NCBI GenBank assembly: GCA_965203295.1
Contig: CBDBCZ010000013.1
Span: 416,001-480,000, forward strand
DNA: 64,000 nt
Reading direction: 5' to 3'
From: Nitrospirales bacterium
GTDB taxonomy: Bacteria; Nitrospirota; Nitrospiria; Nitrospirales; UBA8639
The notes under the pieces: model-generated
Told to the model about the DNA's origin: nothing
The model's database searches: none
The model's input: the letters and a program-made list of their open reading frames with translations, nothing else
Shown here: positions 38,401-53,400 of the stretch, in pieces
Position numbering within the stretch: the stretch's first letter is position 1
Layout of the letters: every line of letters begins with the position of its first letter
Translations under genes and position numbers: made by a program

Positions 38401-41400
38401 TGCAGTTCATCTTCAATCGCCTGAGAAAAGGTGATTTCCCCAGATAAGTGATCAAAAAAGTCTAGATATTGCCGATATTCCTTTCGGTATTTTGAATTAA
38501 GCCGCATGTAGTATACTATGCCAAGAGATACCATCATTGCACGACGATGGTACTTCTCTCGTTGTTCTTTATGGGGATCAAATTTGGAATAAAACTTCAT
38601 CAGCCATTGATAAAAGGTAAAAACCCTTTGAATGTCTCTCTGACTAACTGAACTCCTTGCACATAGCTTTGCCACTCGTAATTTTACAGTTTGTAACGCT
38701 TGAAGCTGCTCAAAAGCATACTCACGCATTTTCTGTTGACTGCGAACTATAAGATCAGTCAAACTTGCTTCTTCTGAAGATTTACTTCGGTTGAGTATTT
38801 CAAGCTTTGCATTTACATACTCCTGTTCCTGGTACTTATTCAAGGATCCATAGTCCCACATGAGAAATTGGAGGGTAGGGTGGAGTTTTCTGACGTAATA
38901 AGTTCCTTTCAGCCAGGCCTCCTGATCCTCAATGGCTGCAAGAATATCACCTCGGTGTGGATTACAAGAGGCTATGATGAATACATTCTCGGGAATTCGC
39001 TGCAGATAAAAGTAAACATATTACATTATCGGCTATACAATATTATTATGATAATTACATACCTTTCCATCAAATGTTTTGTCGACGATAACTTCTTTTA
39101 ACAGGCCCAAACATGATGCTGTATTGATTTCATCCAAGTATGCCTGTACGAGATATCACATTACATCACTTTTGAAGGGAAGAGTGCAACTGTCTACAAT
39201 TATATTGTGTTCTACACAGCTACGTAGCTTTGTGTGCCCAGTAAATGATCTAATGTTCATCTACCATCAATTAGTTATAAATTTGTCCAAGCTGTGATTC
39301 AGTAACCAAAATTAGTACATTTTGCCCTCCTTTATTCATATTTCCTTTTAGCTGCCATATTTAAACTTGGGAGTATGGCATTAGATCATTATATTACTTA
39401 CTGTAACAAATGGAACTCTGTAGCTTGGCTTCTTGGATTCATCACAGGCATCATATGATTGCTGAAGCTCTTGAGCTTGTGCAAATACACCTGAAAAAAA
39501 TTTCTCTATATCCTTTGGCTGTATTGCTAGGGTGGTAAATGAGAAAGTACTTCAATACTGAAAGATAATGATTCATTATTAATCAATGTTATACACCTGC
39601 ATGGATGTTGAGTTTGTGGAAGGCAGTCTTCATCTTGGCGTTAAAAAGGATATTCAATAGACGTGCCGTGGACTGAAGTAGGAGAGAGTACGCAATGCAA
39701 TTCTTTTTATTACTTTGAATTGGGCACTAGAATCTTGGGCTCTATAACTCCCCATGGACCAAAGACCAGAGAACCCCATACAGTGATTGTGCTCAAGAAA
39801 GTTTGGATTTATTCATGCAGTGATGCATTGACTAAAAGCAGAGTGTTTAAAAAAGTGATGACCTAATAGTATAACAGACATAACAGCGTCAACTACTTAT
39901 CAGTAACATAGGCATTCCGAGTGAGCTATTACTCAGAGATGCTATTATACAGCCTGAACATCATTTGATGACTTAGATTCTATGGACTTCAGAATGTATA
40001 GCCAAGGTATGTACCCTAAATAGAAGGCTATCAGATCCATGAAGCACCACACTGTCACACAACATTCCTACCCTCATTGTTATGCATACAGTGCGGTATG
40101 GGCTGAGGCCATAAACGTTTCAGTATTTGTATTATAGCTAGTCCTTTGTATAGGGTCCTGGGTCCACCATTGATGCTATCCCCAATGCAATAAGAAGCTC
40201 AGATATGATTAGTAACAAAGTAGCAAAACAAGTAGTTAGAAGCTGCCTAGTTTATGTAGGATAGCAGTTGTACCTTGGATGAACAACTTTCTTCAGTAAT
40301 AGCATTGAAAGCCTCAGCAAGGGTCACACTTTCAATATCCAGCATGGAGAGAATGGGGTCTCCGTTCAATGTTTTTAAGTGACTATTGAGGACTGTATAG
40401 TAATATGGGATGTCACTAGAACTCGGGAGCTGTCCTATAGTATCCAGCACATCCTCTGGGACATTGTTTCCTGCACTTAAGTTATACACTGCCTCCACGC
40501 ACACTGCACGCATGGATTCATCAACAGTGTCCATGGACGAATCTATATCGATAAATAAAATAAGTTATACTCAAAAAGTACAGAACAATTATAAGTATAG
40601 TATACCTCTTGTTTTCATTTTCATTAACTCCACGATGTGACTTTTGATTCGATCCCACTGTGACAGCCAAGAGTGATTCCAGAGTTGAGAAAGCATTCCC
40701 ACAAGAGCTGTTTTTCCGACTCCCGTCTCTCCCTCAATAATTACCGGTATTCCACATTCATATCTCTCATGGATATTCAGCATCTTCAGTGTGTAATCAA
40801 GGGTAAGTACGTACTGTCTTTCATCAATTGGAGAAAGTCGACCGTACTGGAGAGGAACATTGAGGGCTCTAGATAAGTATGTATCCAACCGTGCTCTGGA
40901 ATACAGATCCCTGCCAAAATGGAAAGAAAAATGTGTATATTATGAGCACACTGTATAGAATGGCCAATTGTGACTGCTTGCCTCATTGAAGAAATTTGCA
41001 CTCCAATTTTGCTGAATTTAACTTTATCTTGTTTCGATAGCTCATCAGGTAACAATGATATCAAATCAAGACTGCCACCACCATCCTTGAAATCATAAAT
41101 CAGCTGTATAGGATGCAGCAACATGATATTATAAATTAGTGGAGATAGTACCCAAGTATGTGGGATAAAGTTAAAAAACATACTGAAAAAGGGCATAGCT
41201 GTACATAAACTACACTGCCAAGTGTAAAGGAAAGGGGGAGCACATTTAATTAAAGTAAAATAAAAGGTATATATGAAGCAATGTGAAAGGCACAGAAAAC
41301 TTATATCAGTACAATCCTTGTGTAACAAAAAAAAAGAAGTATTGTCTACTTTCAGTTTTTGTGAGGGAATGTGGTAGTATAGCATATGTACTGGTTCCAG

Positions 41401-44400
41401 GTTAGTCACTATTCTCATGACAGGCTGGCTCACGAATTTACCAAAATTAATATCATCACACCCATGTCATAATTTCATTACATCAACATCTCTGCTCACC
41501 CACAATACTTACACCCACACATGGCAGTGTGGTCACTTCTCAATACACCTGCCAAGTGTAAATATAAGTCTGGAAAGGGGGCATAAATGCACTCCTAAAT
41601 GTAAAGATTTTTCTGGGAAAATTTTTTCTAACCTCTCTTAGCGATTGCTCATTCGTTCGCAAAGCATTATACTTATCTGATTGAAAATCTTTGTAACTAC
41701 TTTGGCCGGCAAATAAATATATATTATTACACGAGTGAGAGGGTAATACGGCCAGGTATTACACGAGTGTGTAGGTATTTTTCCCGAGCCGAAGGCGAGG
41801 GAAAATACTACACAAGAGTGCAATACCTGGCCGTATTACTCCGGACAGTTAAGGATGTCCTAGGCCCTATCTCTGTATTTCTGCATACGCAGCATGCTAA
41901 CTAAATTATCTCATGTGTGTATGTAAACAAGCGCTACACTAGAAAGGATGTTGGTTAGCGGTTTGCGTGGCTTCAGTCAGTCAGCTATTGTGCAGGCGAA
42001 GTTTCGGCGGTTGAATTTCCCGCACATTTTGGCTGGAAGTCTACCGATTGGACAAAGTGCACGTGGTCAACTGTTAATTAGATTTAGCTGGCTGGCAGTC
42101 AACGAAAGCTGGTGAGTGAAGTTTGTTGGCATTTGCGGAAAGTAAAACGGTCTTTGCGGGCCTTGATTCCTCGTCTCCGTGTTGGCAATGACCCTCACTA
42201 TAGGGCCGCGGGTGGAAAAATGGGCTGCTATCGACACGGACCCGGAGGTAGGCTACACAAAGCTTAGATGGCTGCTAGTTGCCGTCCTTAACCGTTCATT
42301 TTCTGTTGCTACTGCCGTAATATAGCTAGCAGTACATTTTTCCAGTCGGAATAGGATAGCCTGCTTAACGAAGAATACCTGACGCGAATATGAAGCTCAT
42401 CAAACATCTCTTTACTTTCCGCCTCTCGCGAAATGTACGTTAAGGACATGCAATGTGTTTGCCATGTTTACGGTGGGAGGAGTCGTTGCCATGGTAACTT
42501 TGTACTTGCGGTTAATGTTGTCAACATAGTGCTTCACATTAATGACATCAACAAAAGCCAAAACCCTTCCATTAATGCAGTACAGTGTTCTAAATGCCAT
42601 TGCTTGATCCAACGTTCAATGTAGAAACAAAACTTGGGACATCCTTAACTGGCCTGAGTATACCCTCTCACGAGTGTAATGATAGATTTATTATATACTA
42701 TCTCTAAGCAGTGTTGCTAGGTTGACAAATTCACCGCCAAACAAAGCCACGCCTACCGAGTGACATAAAGGACGATTGGATACACAGCAGCAACGTATAG
42801 CCTAGCGTAAACTTAGTAGCTCTCTTACAAACAGCGAAAGAGAAAAAGGCTTACAATTGTAGGCTGGATTTACCTTGGAGAGCTACTTGACAGAATAAAA
42901 ATCGGCTGGCGGGACGAGTGGGAGGGGTCACTGCATTATCGGTCACTGAGCGACACTATGACCTAGCCTTTCACTTCTTTCTTACTTAGACGGCTCCTCT
43001 ACGACAGAAGCATTCCTTTCGCCAGCTTTTTGTAGCCGGATAGCTTCCATTGCTTCAATAAACTATAACTTCACTGTAAATTTTTATTGTAGACTAAACG
43101 TGCACGCGCTCTGCCCACGCAAAAGGCAATAACGGGTAGGCAATACGGGGGAATATTACCTGCCCGGTCTATAGGAAAATACTGCTAGTACTCTTTGCAG
43201 TATATAATAATACTATTTATTAAGGACACGGTTGATAGTCATTACATTAGCTATACTCTGCACTTACACCTGCGTAGGTGTTTGCCTGCCATACTTTGCA
43301 CTGGCGTAGTCGTCCCATGATATACAAGAACCCCATATACAGATCTTTACCCCGCGCCGTGTATGCGTGAGAGGGGTTAAGCAATCGGTTTTGTTTGTCT
43401 GTCATCGTTGTTGTTGTCGTCTGTAATAAAAATTTCTGAAAAATCTTCCAAATGGGCGATTTAGAGGCTATAACAATCGCAAAGCAGGAGGTGACATTTG
43501 AAAGCCCCAGAATATCGATGTGTGTGTACCAAATAGTGATCAAAACAATTCTTGTCTTCGTATGTCCAGCCCTTTCTTATTCAACATCGGTAAGGTCCGC
43601 CATTTTAATACGGTCAAGAATCAAATACGACAGAAGCCGGGAATATGCGGTCTCTTAACACGTGTCCATACTGAAGTATACGTAGAGAAGCACCCGTCTC
43701 ATTGCTATGGCAATCAACTATGCTTACAGCTTGTATACGACGTTACACAAGCACAGTATACGAGTGTACATGCTGTTTCCAGTCTGCAGCATCTAGGAGC
43801 GTGGGGTATGTCTCTAGATCAGCTAGAAGCTTCTAGTTTCAAAAGCATCTGAAAAGGATGGAATATACCAGCAAACACAAACAAGGCTACACTTACTTGT
43901 TGGTGAGGTCTTTGTGACCAGCCTTCCTTGATGGCAGGATCACAGAAGTCAGATACTTCTTTCAACATTGTCTCCATCAAGGTAGAGCCCAAATGTCTGG
44001 TGTCTGTTATACGTCGTCCTTTAACATACTCTCCACACCCAGTGTTGTAATTGAAAGCAGGCAAATTGTCTAGAAACTTGCATCTCCTTTTCATGTATCT
44101 ACACAAACGCATATCAGAGTACACAGACACATGCAGACATATCAAGCTGAATCAAGCCCTACTTACCTCACAAAGAGTTTCTGGGTAATTTTCTCATTCT
44201 TGATGTGAGTGGGCATGTATTTTTGTAGAAGTGATTTGCATTCTTCAGGTGGAAGCAGTGGTTGCTCGCTAAACTTTACACATGGTCCACCTGTAAAATA
44301 TTATAGTGCAAGTAGAAAGTGGCGATTTTAAAGCACTAATTGAAGTGACACTGCTTACGTTCTCTGTAAAGTGTATCAATCTTCTTCGTATCATAAGCTT

Positions 44401-47400
44401 TCAAATACTTGCAAACAAGCTGGACATCATCATCAATGCTGTAATCTCTGTTGGTGTCAATCAGATGTGGAGTACCAAGGAGTCCCAATGTGGGTATTTC
44501 ATTTTTGAAGTGCTCAAGAGCATCTTCTGCTGACATGTCAGCTCTGGAAGGAACCTGAGGAAATAAAATATGTCAATCACACATAAAAATATCATAGAAT
44601 ACATAACCAAATATGTGGCTGTCCCATGTAGAAAGTTATTATCATTCAATTCATATTTCAAACAAATCAAAGACCTGTCTCTGTGAACTACTGCACAGGG
44701 TGTAGTTCAAACTAAATAGTAACAGCTATCAATGTAACTACACATTGTGTATGAAGCACGCCTTTGATGGAGGTTCAGTGTCAAAAAAGTGCTGTGATGT
44801 CATTGAATACTTGACGTTTTATTATCCCATTTCTACATAATTATAGCACTGCCACACATTCTACTCAAAGGAATAGTACCAACTGTCCTGTCTTACCTCA
44901 ACATACATTTCCCAAGATAAATCACCAGGAACCTGGAAAGACTTTCCAGTGGCAGGATCCTCTATGTACCCCAAAATTAACAGATCAAAGAAAAACCAGC
45001 CAATGTCTTGCATCAAACTGCAGTAATGTGCTTTCTCCTTTTCATTTGCAGATTCCTGTAAAAATTCAAGATAGCACTTAAACGCTTGTGATGCTGTAGT
45101 TACTGTCCTGAGTGTTACAATACTACATCACATTCAAGCAGATAGCTGTATTCATACTATGGAGTTTTTTTTTTTCTATAACAATTTTTGTATATATGCA
45201 TATGTATATACAAGGGAAACAAAAATAGCAATGTGCTAATAAATATGTGCCCGAAGGCTACGTGTAAAAAATAAATCAGTAACACTTGTAGTAACAGAGG
45301 AGGGTAAGGTGTTCCAATAACGATTAGTACGAGGCACAAATAAATTAAAATTTATACATGCAGATGCTCTTACCACTGGCGGAAGCATAGTAAAGTTGAA
45401 GAATATGGCACATCCTGTTGCATTCAGTGGAAGAGTGCACAGCTTTTCAATAGCACTGATACAACTGAATGCTTCATTGACTGCAATTGTAATTTGGCCG
45501 CTTGTGAAAATAGACTTCAATTTCTCAGAAATGTAGTGTGTTTTTCCATTCCCTAGGCAGGGGATACAGCTAATCACAGTTGCTTTGCAGTTGCAAATGA
45601 AATATTCTAAGAGATAGTACAATTTTTATGAACTGCGTTAACTACTACTATTTATAACCAACACCATGTTTTCTTAAATCATTACCACAGAGTGAGTGGG
45701 TAGCTGACCACACTGCCACGTATAAATACAGAGAACTTCTCGCATCCAAACATATATCTTGCCCACATTTGTGCTTGGCAAGCACAAATGTGGGCAAGAT
45801 ATATGTTTGGATGTAATCATGACATCAATGTGGCTTAACTATAATTGCCGGATCAGATTTGTGGTGCCAAAGATGCAAATGATACTTGTTGAGCTGGCCT
45901 GGCTAGTATACTGTGTCATGTATCAGAGATGGGACAGTGGCTCCCATTGGGTGGATGCATGGAAAGATAAAATGACTTGATCCAATGCATACTCAATTAT
46001 GCAGCCTGATAGCTATCTTACACACACAGTAAAAGTGTCAAATTGTAGCAATCCAATAATGTGATTGTCTTCTCTGAGCCTACTAAATTTGGCCATTTCT
46101 CCGGCTATTATAAGCATGTTTAAACTACTCACACTCAATCCAGACACACGATATGATAATTACAGATTAAGTCCAACTTTTCTGTTTAGGGGCAACACTT
46201 CATGCAGCTAATTATTCAGAGATTCTCGTGGTGGGGCCAGGGCTAGTAGAATTCATGATAGCGAAGTTTTCGTTTCAATTCCAACCTAAACTACAGCAGA
46301 AAAGATCATCAATAGTTGCCGACATTGTCAACTACAATCTTGTAGTTGTCTAGGCCTTAAAGCAATCCACAACATTGTAGTCAAAACGTTGACAAATACT
46401 GATTATCTTCTTTGCTGCAATTCGGGTTGAAATTGAAGAAACTTTGCTATTATGACTTTATGTAGATACTTGCTAAAATGGTGAACACATAAAATTTATA
46501 CTGGACTGTCCCAAGAACAGAGAACGGCATTCAGGTTTAGTCTTGCTGTGCACAGAATCCCAGGTATTACTCTAGTCTGAAATAACAAGCCCTGGAGAAA
46601 GCCAATTACTTGAAAAAGAAATTGCAATTTTTGCTGATACAGACGAGGGACGGAAAGCATAACACACCCATATAATAGATTCAGTCGATGACATTGATTT
46701 TGCAGCTGCTGTTCAGTTGAATGTAGCTATCAATAATAATATTCATTAACTTGCAGGCTTCATTTGGAACTGCAATTAATAGAGTGTTGATATGATGAAA
46801 TAGTCTTACTAACTTTAATCATCATCACATTTTATAAATCATTGATATGGTTTATAGTAATGATAATTTGATCATTCGTGCAATTAATGGTGGTTATAGA
46901 AATTCTACCCACGGTTTACTATTGTGTTGTACTCAATCACCAATGGTGCCTCATATGCTAAAGGCAAAAATTGGCAGCAACTATAGCAGGAGCTACCTTA
47001 TTTGGTAGTAACAATGAATGCTTTAATATCCAGACTTAGAACCTTAACTTTTACACAATATTAACATAATAAACTGTGGTTTACCTGGAAGGCCATACAC
47101 GAGTTGTATAGACTTGAACTTAGTATTTCCTTTCACTGCTGCTTTTGTGTAGACAACTTCAGTTGATCCCTCCTCCTGCAATTAAAAGATGTTTCAAGTC
47201 AATCCTTTATTATATTAGGTCATAACAACTGCAATCAGATTTTGAGATCTGCAGAACCAGAACCAAATGATGTGAAGATAGACAGCTAAACCTACAATAT
47301 AACCATTCATCTGGGCTACCCAGTACAAGTGGATCTAATTTGAGTCTGCTAACAGATTCATTTATTTTAGTGCCTAATCAAGAAAATTATTGTACATGCA

Positions 47401-50400
47401 GTGCAATAAAACGTGACTCGTAGACTAACCCTATGTTCCGCAACTGTGAGCCATGGTACTTCTTGGAGCATAGATGGAGCAGTTTCAATGAAGTGCAAAC
47501 ATGTTTGTCCACCCTCAACACATTTGTGTCTTAGCTCCAAGTAAAGTCGCAGCAAAACCTAAAAAATGAAGGATTGAACAGAACTACTTATACATGGCTG
47601 ATGAGATTCAAGTACTACAACAAATCGATTGCAGGATAGGGCTACTAGCTTCCAAGTGTTGATATTTAGCTGCAGTTGAGTTTTCATACCTCTTGAAGCT
47701 GAAAGGGTAGAATGTTAACTTCAAGTATGAGGTATTGACACATTGGGTGTTGTACAACTCTTTTCATAAACAGCCTCAGATCTTGCTCTACAGTCACCGG
47801 CGTACAGCGAAGAACTTGAAAGGCATTAGGTGACCCATCATACACCTCCAAGAGAAGCCTTATGAGTTGTCCTTGGGAGAATCCAGGTGCACAATGGATA
47901 GTGCTTGATATCTGCGGCGAGCTAACTAGGATTTGGTCTTGTGGAGCAAAGATCATTCTACATTGCATCGGCAGTGAGCAGTCAATTACACCTTCTTTAC
48001 TGAAGATATTACCCAGGAATGATCCCACTACATCCATTGCAGACTTCTGAGCATGTTCCTGCAATGCAGTGTCCTTAAATAGACGGGACTCCATAGCACT
48101 CTGCAAAAAATAAAACAGATTTTCAAGCACAAATGTCTAGACATATCACTATTACAACCTACCCCATTACTTGCATTAATTTTATAGTGCGCTATAGTTA
48201 TTTGACTTGCAAATAAATTATTTTTATAAGCATTTGCAGTGCAAGTCACTGTCACTGGTGATTACTGCCAACGGTAGCTACTAGCTGCATGTAATGTGGC
48301 CGTGAATAGTTAAATAGAACTGGGAAATTTTTGAAGCTGTAGTTCTTGCAGATATGGTAGGTATGAGACTTCAGTTACATAGGGAAGAAACTGGCCATGC
48401 ATTTCACATTCAATTTGTTTGACTTGTGTGTACACACTCTCTCTCATTCAAAGTCTCTTTACGAGGTAGTATTGCTAGCCAGACGTCTGGCCTGTGAGAC
48501 TATAAGGATAGACATTCTTATAGCCTACATGTAGGCATTACATAAGTGTAGTAGATGTAGACATGCTTCCTACTTTTTGGCATACGTTTGTTAGAGGGTC
48601 TGGGGTCGACCCGTGTCTGTGAGTTCAATGTGAAAGTGAACATACCAATGTGCATTGCTACTTTTGGTCAACGTAAACCACTGCAGTATGCAGGTGCTGG
48701 AATACACTCATCATACTCTGCAGTAGCTATATTGACTTACATAATAGAACATCCAATTGTATTTCAAACAATCTGGCTTACCCTGACTACATTTTGAAGA
48801 AGTGCTCTGGACACTGCATCTCTCTGGAAGAGGAAGCCGATTTCTTGAACTATTTCAGATACACAAGGCTTATCTGCTCTTAAGAGGTCACAGAGAATCA
48901 TGAGCTTGGGAACTCTGAAAAACAGGAGCCATTTATAACTGCTGTGCAGCTCTTCCATTGTGTTGATCCATTCCATCAAGGTACTCTCGGCTTTGGACAC
49001 CTGTCAATCAGTGCAAAGCTCAGTAGTACATTGTACATCATCAATACACCAAAACATTCACAAACCTTTTCATCAGCATCCAATGAAGAATCTGAACATG
49101 CCAGTGTGTATACAAATTGTGACTGCGAAAAAGTCGGATGACCCAGTTGTTTCAGCTTCTCAAACACTTCCAATAGCCGAGTGGCAACCTGCATGGAAAA
49201 AGCTTTTAGTACAAGGAAGTAAATGACAAATTTAAATTACCTCATGGAGATGAAGAAAGCTCTGCACTTTCTGTTCATCTTTATGAGCATCCAAAAATCC
49301 AAGCTGCCGAACAAAGTCATCTACTTGTGCACTTGAAAGCTTCACTTTGACTACCCTTTGTGATCCTGTGCGTGTGCGTTGGATCACTATTGGAGCAGAT
49401 GTGCCAAAATCGTCTGAAATACGCTTTGGCCTTTGGGCTGAAATTGATCTATACGTTTCATACTCCAACACAAGATGCAAAACGCTCCTTCCACAAACTG
49501 ATGATCTAACAATATGATAATTTCCACTACGCAAAATATCATCAAGTTCACTGGAGACATTCTCTAATGTATCCTCTGCTCGAGAAAACCAGTATCGAAT
49601 TTGATGTATGTTGCATTTCACAGTCTCAAGTTGGGGTAGTCCTTCAGGAAACTCAAGAGCAGCTATAGATGACATTAAAGACTTTAAGTTGTGACTGCGA
49701 TCCAGGAATGGTGAAAGAAATCTGAAAGCTGCTAATAAATGAATAAGCACCATATCACAATACTCCTCATGCTGTAACTGTGCAGTAACAAGTTCAAACT
49801 GCCGACGAAATCGATCGCTGCCTTTTGTACCTGTAAACTGTTTCTCTTCAAGAAACTGAAAGAAATCTGTACTGTCTGCAACTTTTGAGAGCAGTTCTAA
49901 GCTCTTTGGATTTGCATCTTCTTTAAGGCAAAAAACTACACAGACTGTCTGCCAGAATCTATCAGCTTCTTCTGGAGTTAGCTTGTCTCGTTCTGCTTTC
50001 ACACTCAGCTTTTCAGCAATTTTGGTGAGTTCTTCAAGCTGAGGATCTTTCTTACAGTTTTCAAGGTGATAATGATGACAAACTGTTCTAATAGTTTGAA
50101 TGCAAGGTATAAATTGAATAACTTTCAAAAGTTTTTTCACTCTGGTCAGCCCTGATGTATCACATGAAGTAAATCTTGAGCATTGCGACAAAGTATTAAA
50201 CTCTCCATCTATATCAAGCGATTCCAATGCAAGACAGCCTGCAGCTGTTATTTCACCGTACATCGCTGTTCCATTCAGAACTCTTTGCAGTAAAATTTCT
50301 GTTTGCTTTAGGGCCTCAGTTAGTAGAGGGAGAGAAACAGTTTTTGCACCGGATAGTTCATGACGGATATATGTGTCAAATAATTTGCTGGGGTACAACT

Positions 50401-53400
50401 TGAAGTACACGATGAGGCCCAAGTATGGTTTGAGTGGCTCTAGAAAAGTACTCAGAAGTTCAACAAGAGCACAGAGGGTAGAAAGACCCATACTCTGTGT
50501 GAGCCGGAGCTGAACACGCTGGTTGGGTGGACTGAACTTTCCATCAGTACAGGGAGTGGGAGGATCCATTAGGAGCTTCAGGCTAGCGGATCTCTTTTCA
50601 TACTCGTCTGGAAAGACAACGTGGTTTTCAAGCATTGATTGGATATCTAGAGGAACTTCCAATCCATACTGTGTCAGGACATACATCAAAGAGCACCTTA
50701 AAGACAAATTTGAGACAGTTGAATATAAAACAAACTAATGTGCTAACACTATAACAACCTACCAGCCTCCTTTTGGGTCAGTGGAAATGTATCTCAACAA
50801 TAGCACATTCAGCTGTTCGAAATAATGCAGGAAAGTGCTACGAAGATCAGAAACTTCATGAGCAGTTACTGTAACACCATCTGCAGAAACAGCTTTTGCA
50901 AGGTTGCGAATTTGTTGCTGATTCTGATAATACCAAAAAATGTCATCATAGTTTGCAGTTTCAGTTTCAAGTCTAGTTTTCCAGTTTGAGAGCATTTTAT
51001 GAAGCTTCCGAACCCAGACAAAGTACTGTATCACGAGTTCTCTTCTGGAAACTTCTGACGGAATGGATTGTGCCAGGAGTGTTTCCTTTCCATCTGACTT
51101 CCTCATCGAAGCAAAAGAGCAGAAAACACTACCAATTTGAGAAATGATGTCTGAGTATCTTGTCATCGATGTAAATGTCCTACTACTCACTGGTATCCTT
51201 ATGCAACAAGTGTTAATGAATCTAAGACAAAACTTCTGCTTAACAGACAGTTCCTTCTGCAAGGGCCATGTTGGATCCTTCTTAAGTACATCAACAGCTA
51301 CTCCAATAGCAGAGCTGTATAAGGGTACTTCTAGAAGGTCCCGGGCACCTGGAATTATTTTCTGTAAAGAAAATATGACTGTCATAGTGCTATACTAAGA
51401 AGCCAATGAGAATTTTTGGCATACCTTGTGTATTGCTGTTAGAACAACATCCTGAAAACTGTTCTCTTTGTCATCAGCACATTTCTGATGGGCATTAATT
51501 GCAGTTTTAAAGAACTCCAAATGCAAATTTCGTTTCATTCAATTATACCTCACAAACTGATTATAGAACCAGAATGGGTAGGGGGTACTCAGAATATCAA
51601 ACTTACCAACATTTCTTTAGTTAAAAGCAGAAGGCGACCTTTTGATAAATTCTTTGCAATAAAATCTTGAAGATCACGATCAAACTTTTGAACTGCCTCT
51701 CGATCTTGGGTAACATGATCAGCATGCACAGAAAGCAACCCATTCACTCCAACTTGCAGGAGTTCAACGATGAAACTGGAAGCTCTACTGTAGTTTACAG
51801 TAGCCACTTTCTTGAAAAATCTCTGAAACATCTGATTAGCTGCACCTGGAAGCCTATATGAAGTAGAAGTTGCCTCTGTACATGAAACACGATTCAATAA
51901 ACTTATACAACTACTGTTTCTGTCTAAACAAAACACTTTATGAACACTTGCAGTAAATAACTGCATTCTCTTCATACTTCATGTGAACACAAAGTAGTAA
52001 AGTCACGGAAAACATTTAAAAATGAAAACAAAAAAGCAATCAAATAAGGTAAGAATTTTTTTACAGATTACTATACCTATATCTGTAGATATTTTTCCGA
52101 TCATGTGTCACTGTGCTTGTTACATAAGGTGACACAATGTTGCATCACTAAGTAACTTTTTCCACAGAGAATTAATTTTATTTCACACAGATTAAACAAT
52201 TCTACAATCGATGGATACCTAGTATATAGGGTACCTGAAACCTAGGCATGTATTGTGCTCTTTGGCAAAATATAGCTTACCTTTGTACTGCATCATGAAG
52301 TAAAATGTTCCATAATGGATCAGAAAACTTTACATCAGGTGGATAAATATGCTCATCCAGGTACTCTTCTAAGAGCTGTTGTCAGGAATCACAAGGTTAA
52401 GTTCATCATAAACATTTGCCCCTTTGTATCAATAGCATTTAATATCTATAGATAGTGTTTACCTCACAAGGCCAAATATGCAATGCAACTTTGTAGAGTG
52501 GAAAAAACTGTTGCACAGATAATCCTCTTAAACTCTTTCTTGTCAGTTCAACAATCTACAAGGACAAAATTGACAATCTAGACACAGGTTCTCATGACAC
52601 ACTTTCTGAAATTAAATGTCAGGCTTCCTCCCCTTTAGCCAGTCATATTATTATGCATGCCTTAACTAATACATAATTATGACCAAGAAATACGTTCTCT
52701 TATACGCAACTCATAGACGGTATATATAAACCACAGCCAAGTATAAAGAAAAATTATTGTAGAAAGTTATCCATTCTATGTATGTATAGTTTTCCCAGTG
52801 GTCTAGAGGCAAAAACTTGCATTTGCAAGAAAATGATTTGCGTTAAACCCTAATCACATGTAATTTTTCACTTATGGGCTTTGTTATTTGTTCTTTTCTA
52901 ACTACTTTTATGAAACAGGTGCACATAAAGGCTCATCACAAAATTGGTCCTTTGCAGATCACCTCTCTATGAATGGGCTTGCATGTTTCTCTAGATTCGT
53001 AGTACTATATGCTAACAAAGTAGAATATTTCAAGAATTATGATACTATAGTGACAATTGTGACCAATATTGTAGCAGTCATACTCTAGAGTTATTAGAGT
53101 ATTAATTCACACTCTGCCTAGTAAGGCACATCTAATACTGTAATGTACAGTAAACTGGCAATTGCTATATACCAAGAACTGAAGCATCGATAGCGGTAAT
53201 ATACATAGTATAATATGTATACAGTATCCATGGCATGTATGCTACTATATTTATGGCCTTTATTGCATTTCTGGTTTACTAAGTGCTCTTTAAAACACAC
53301 AGCCACCTACAAATTAGCATCTGAAAATAGTAGCAGTCATGAATCATTCTTGAGTATGTGAAACTGTATATATATCACCTTGATAACCAAGCATGGTTCC

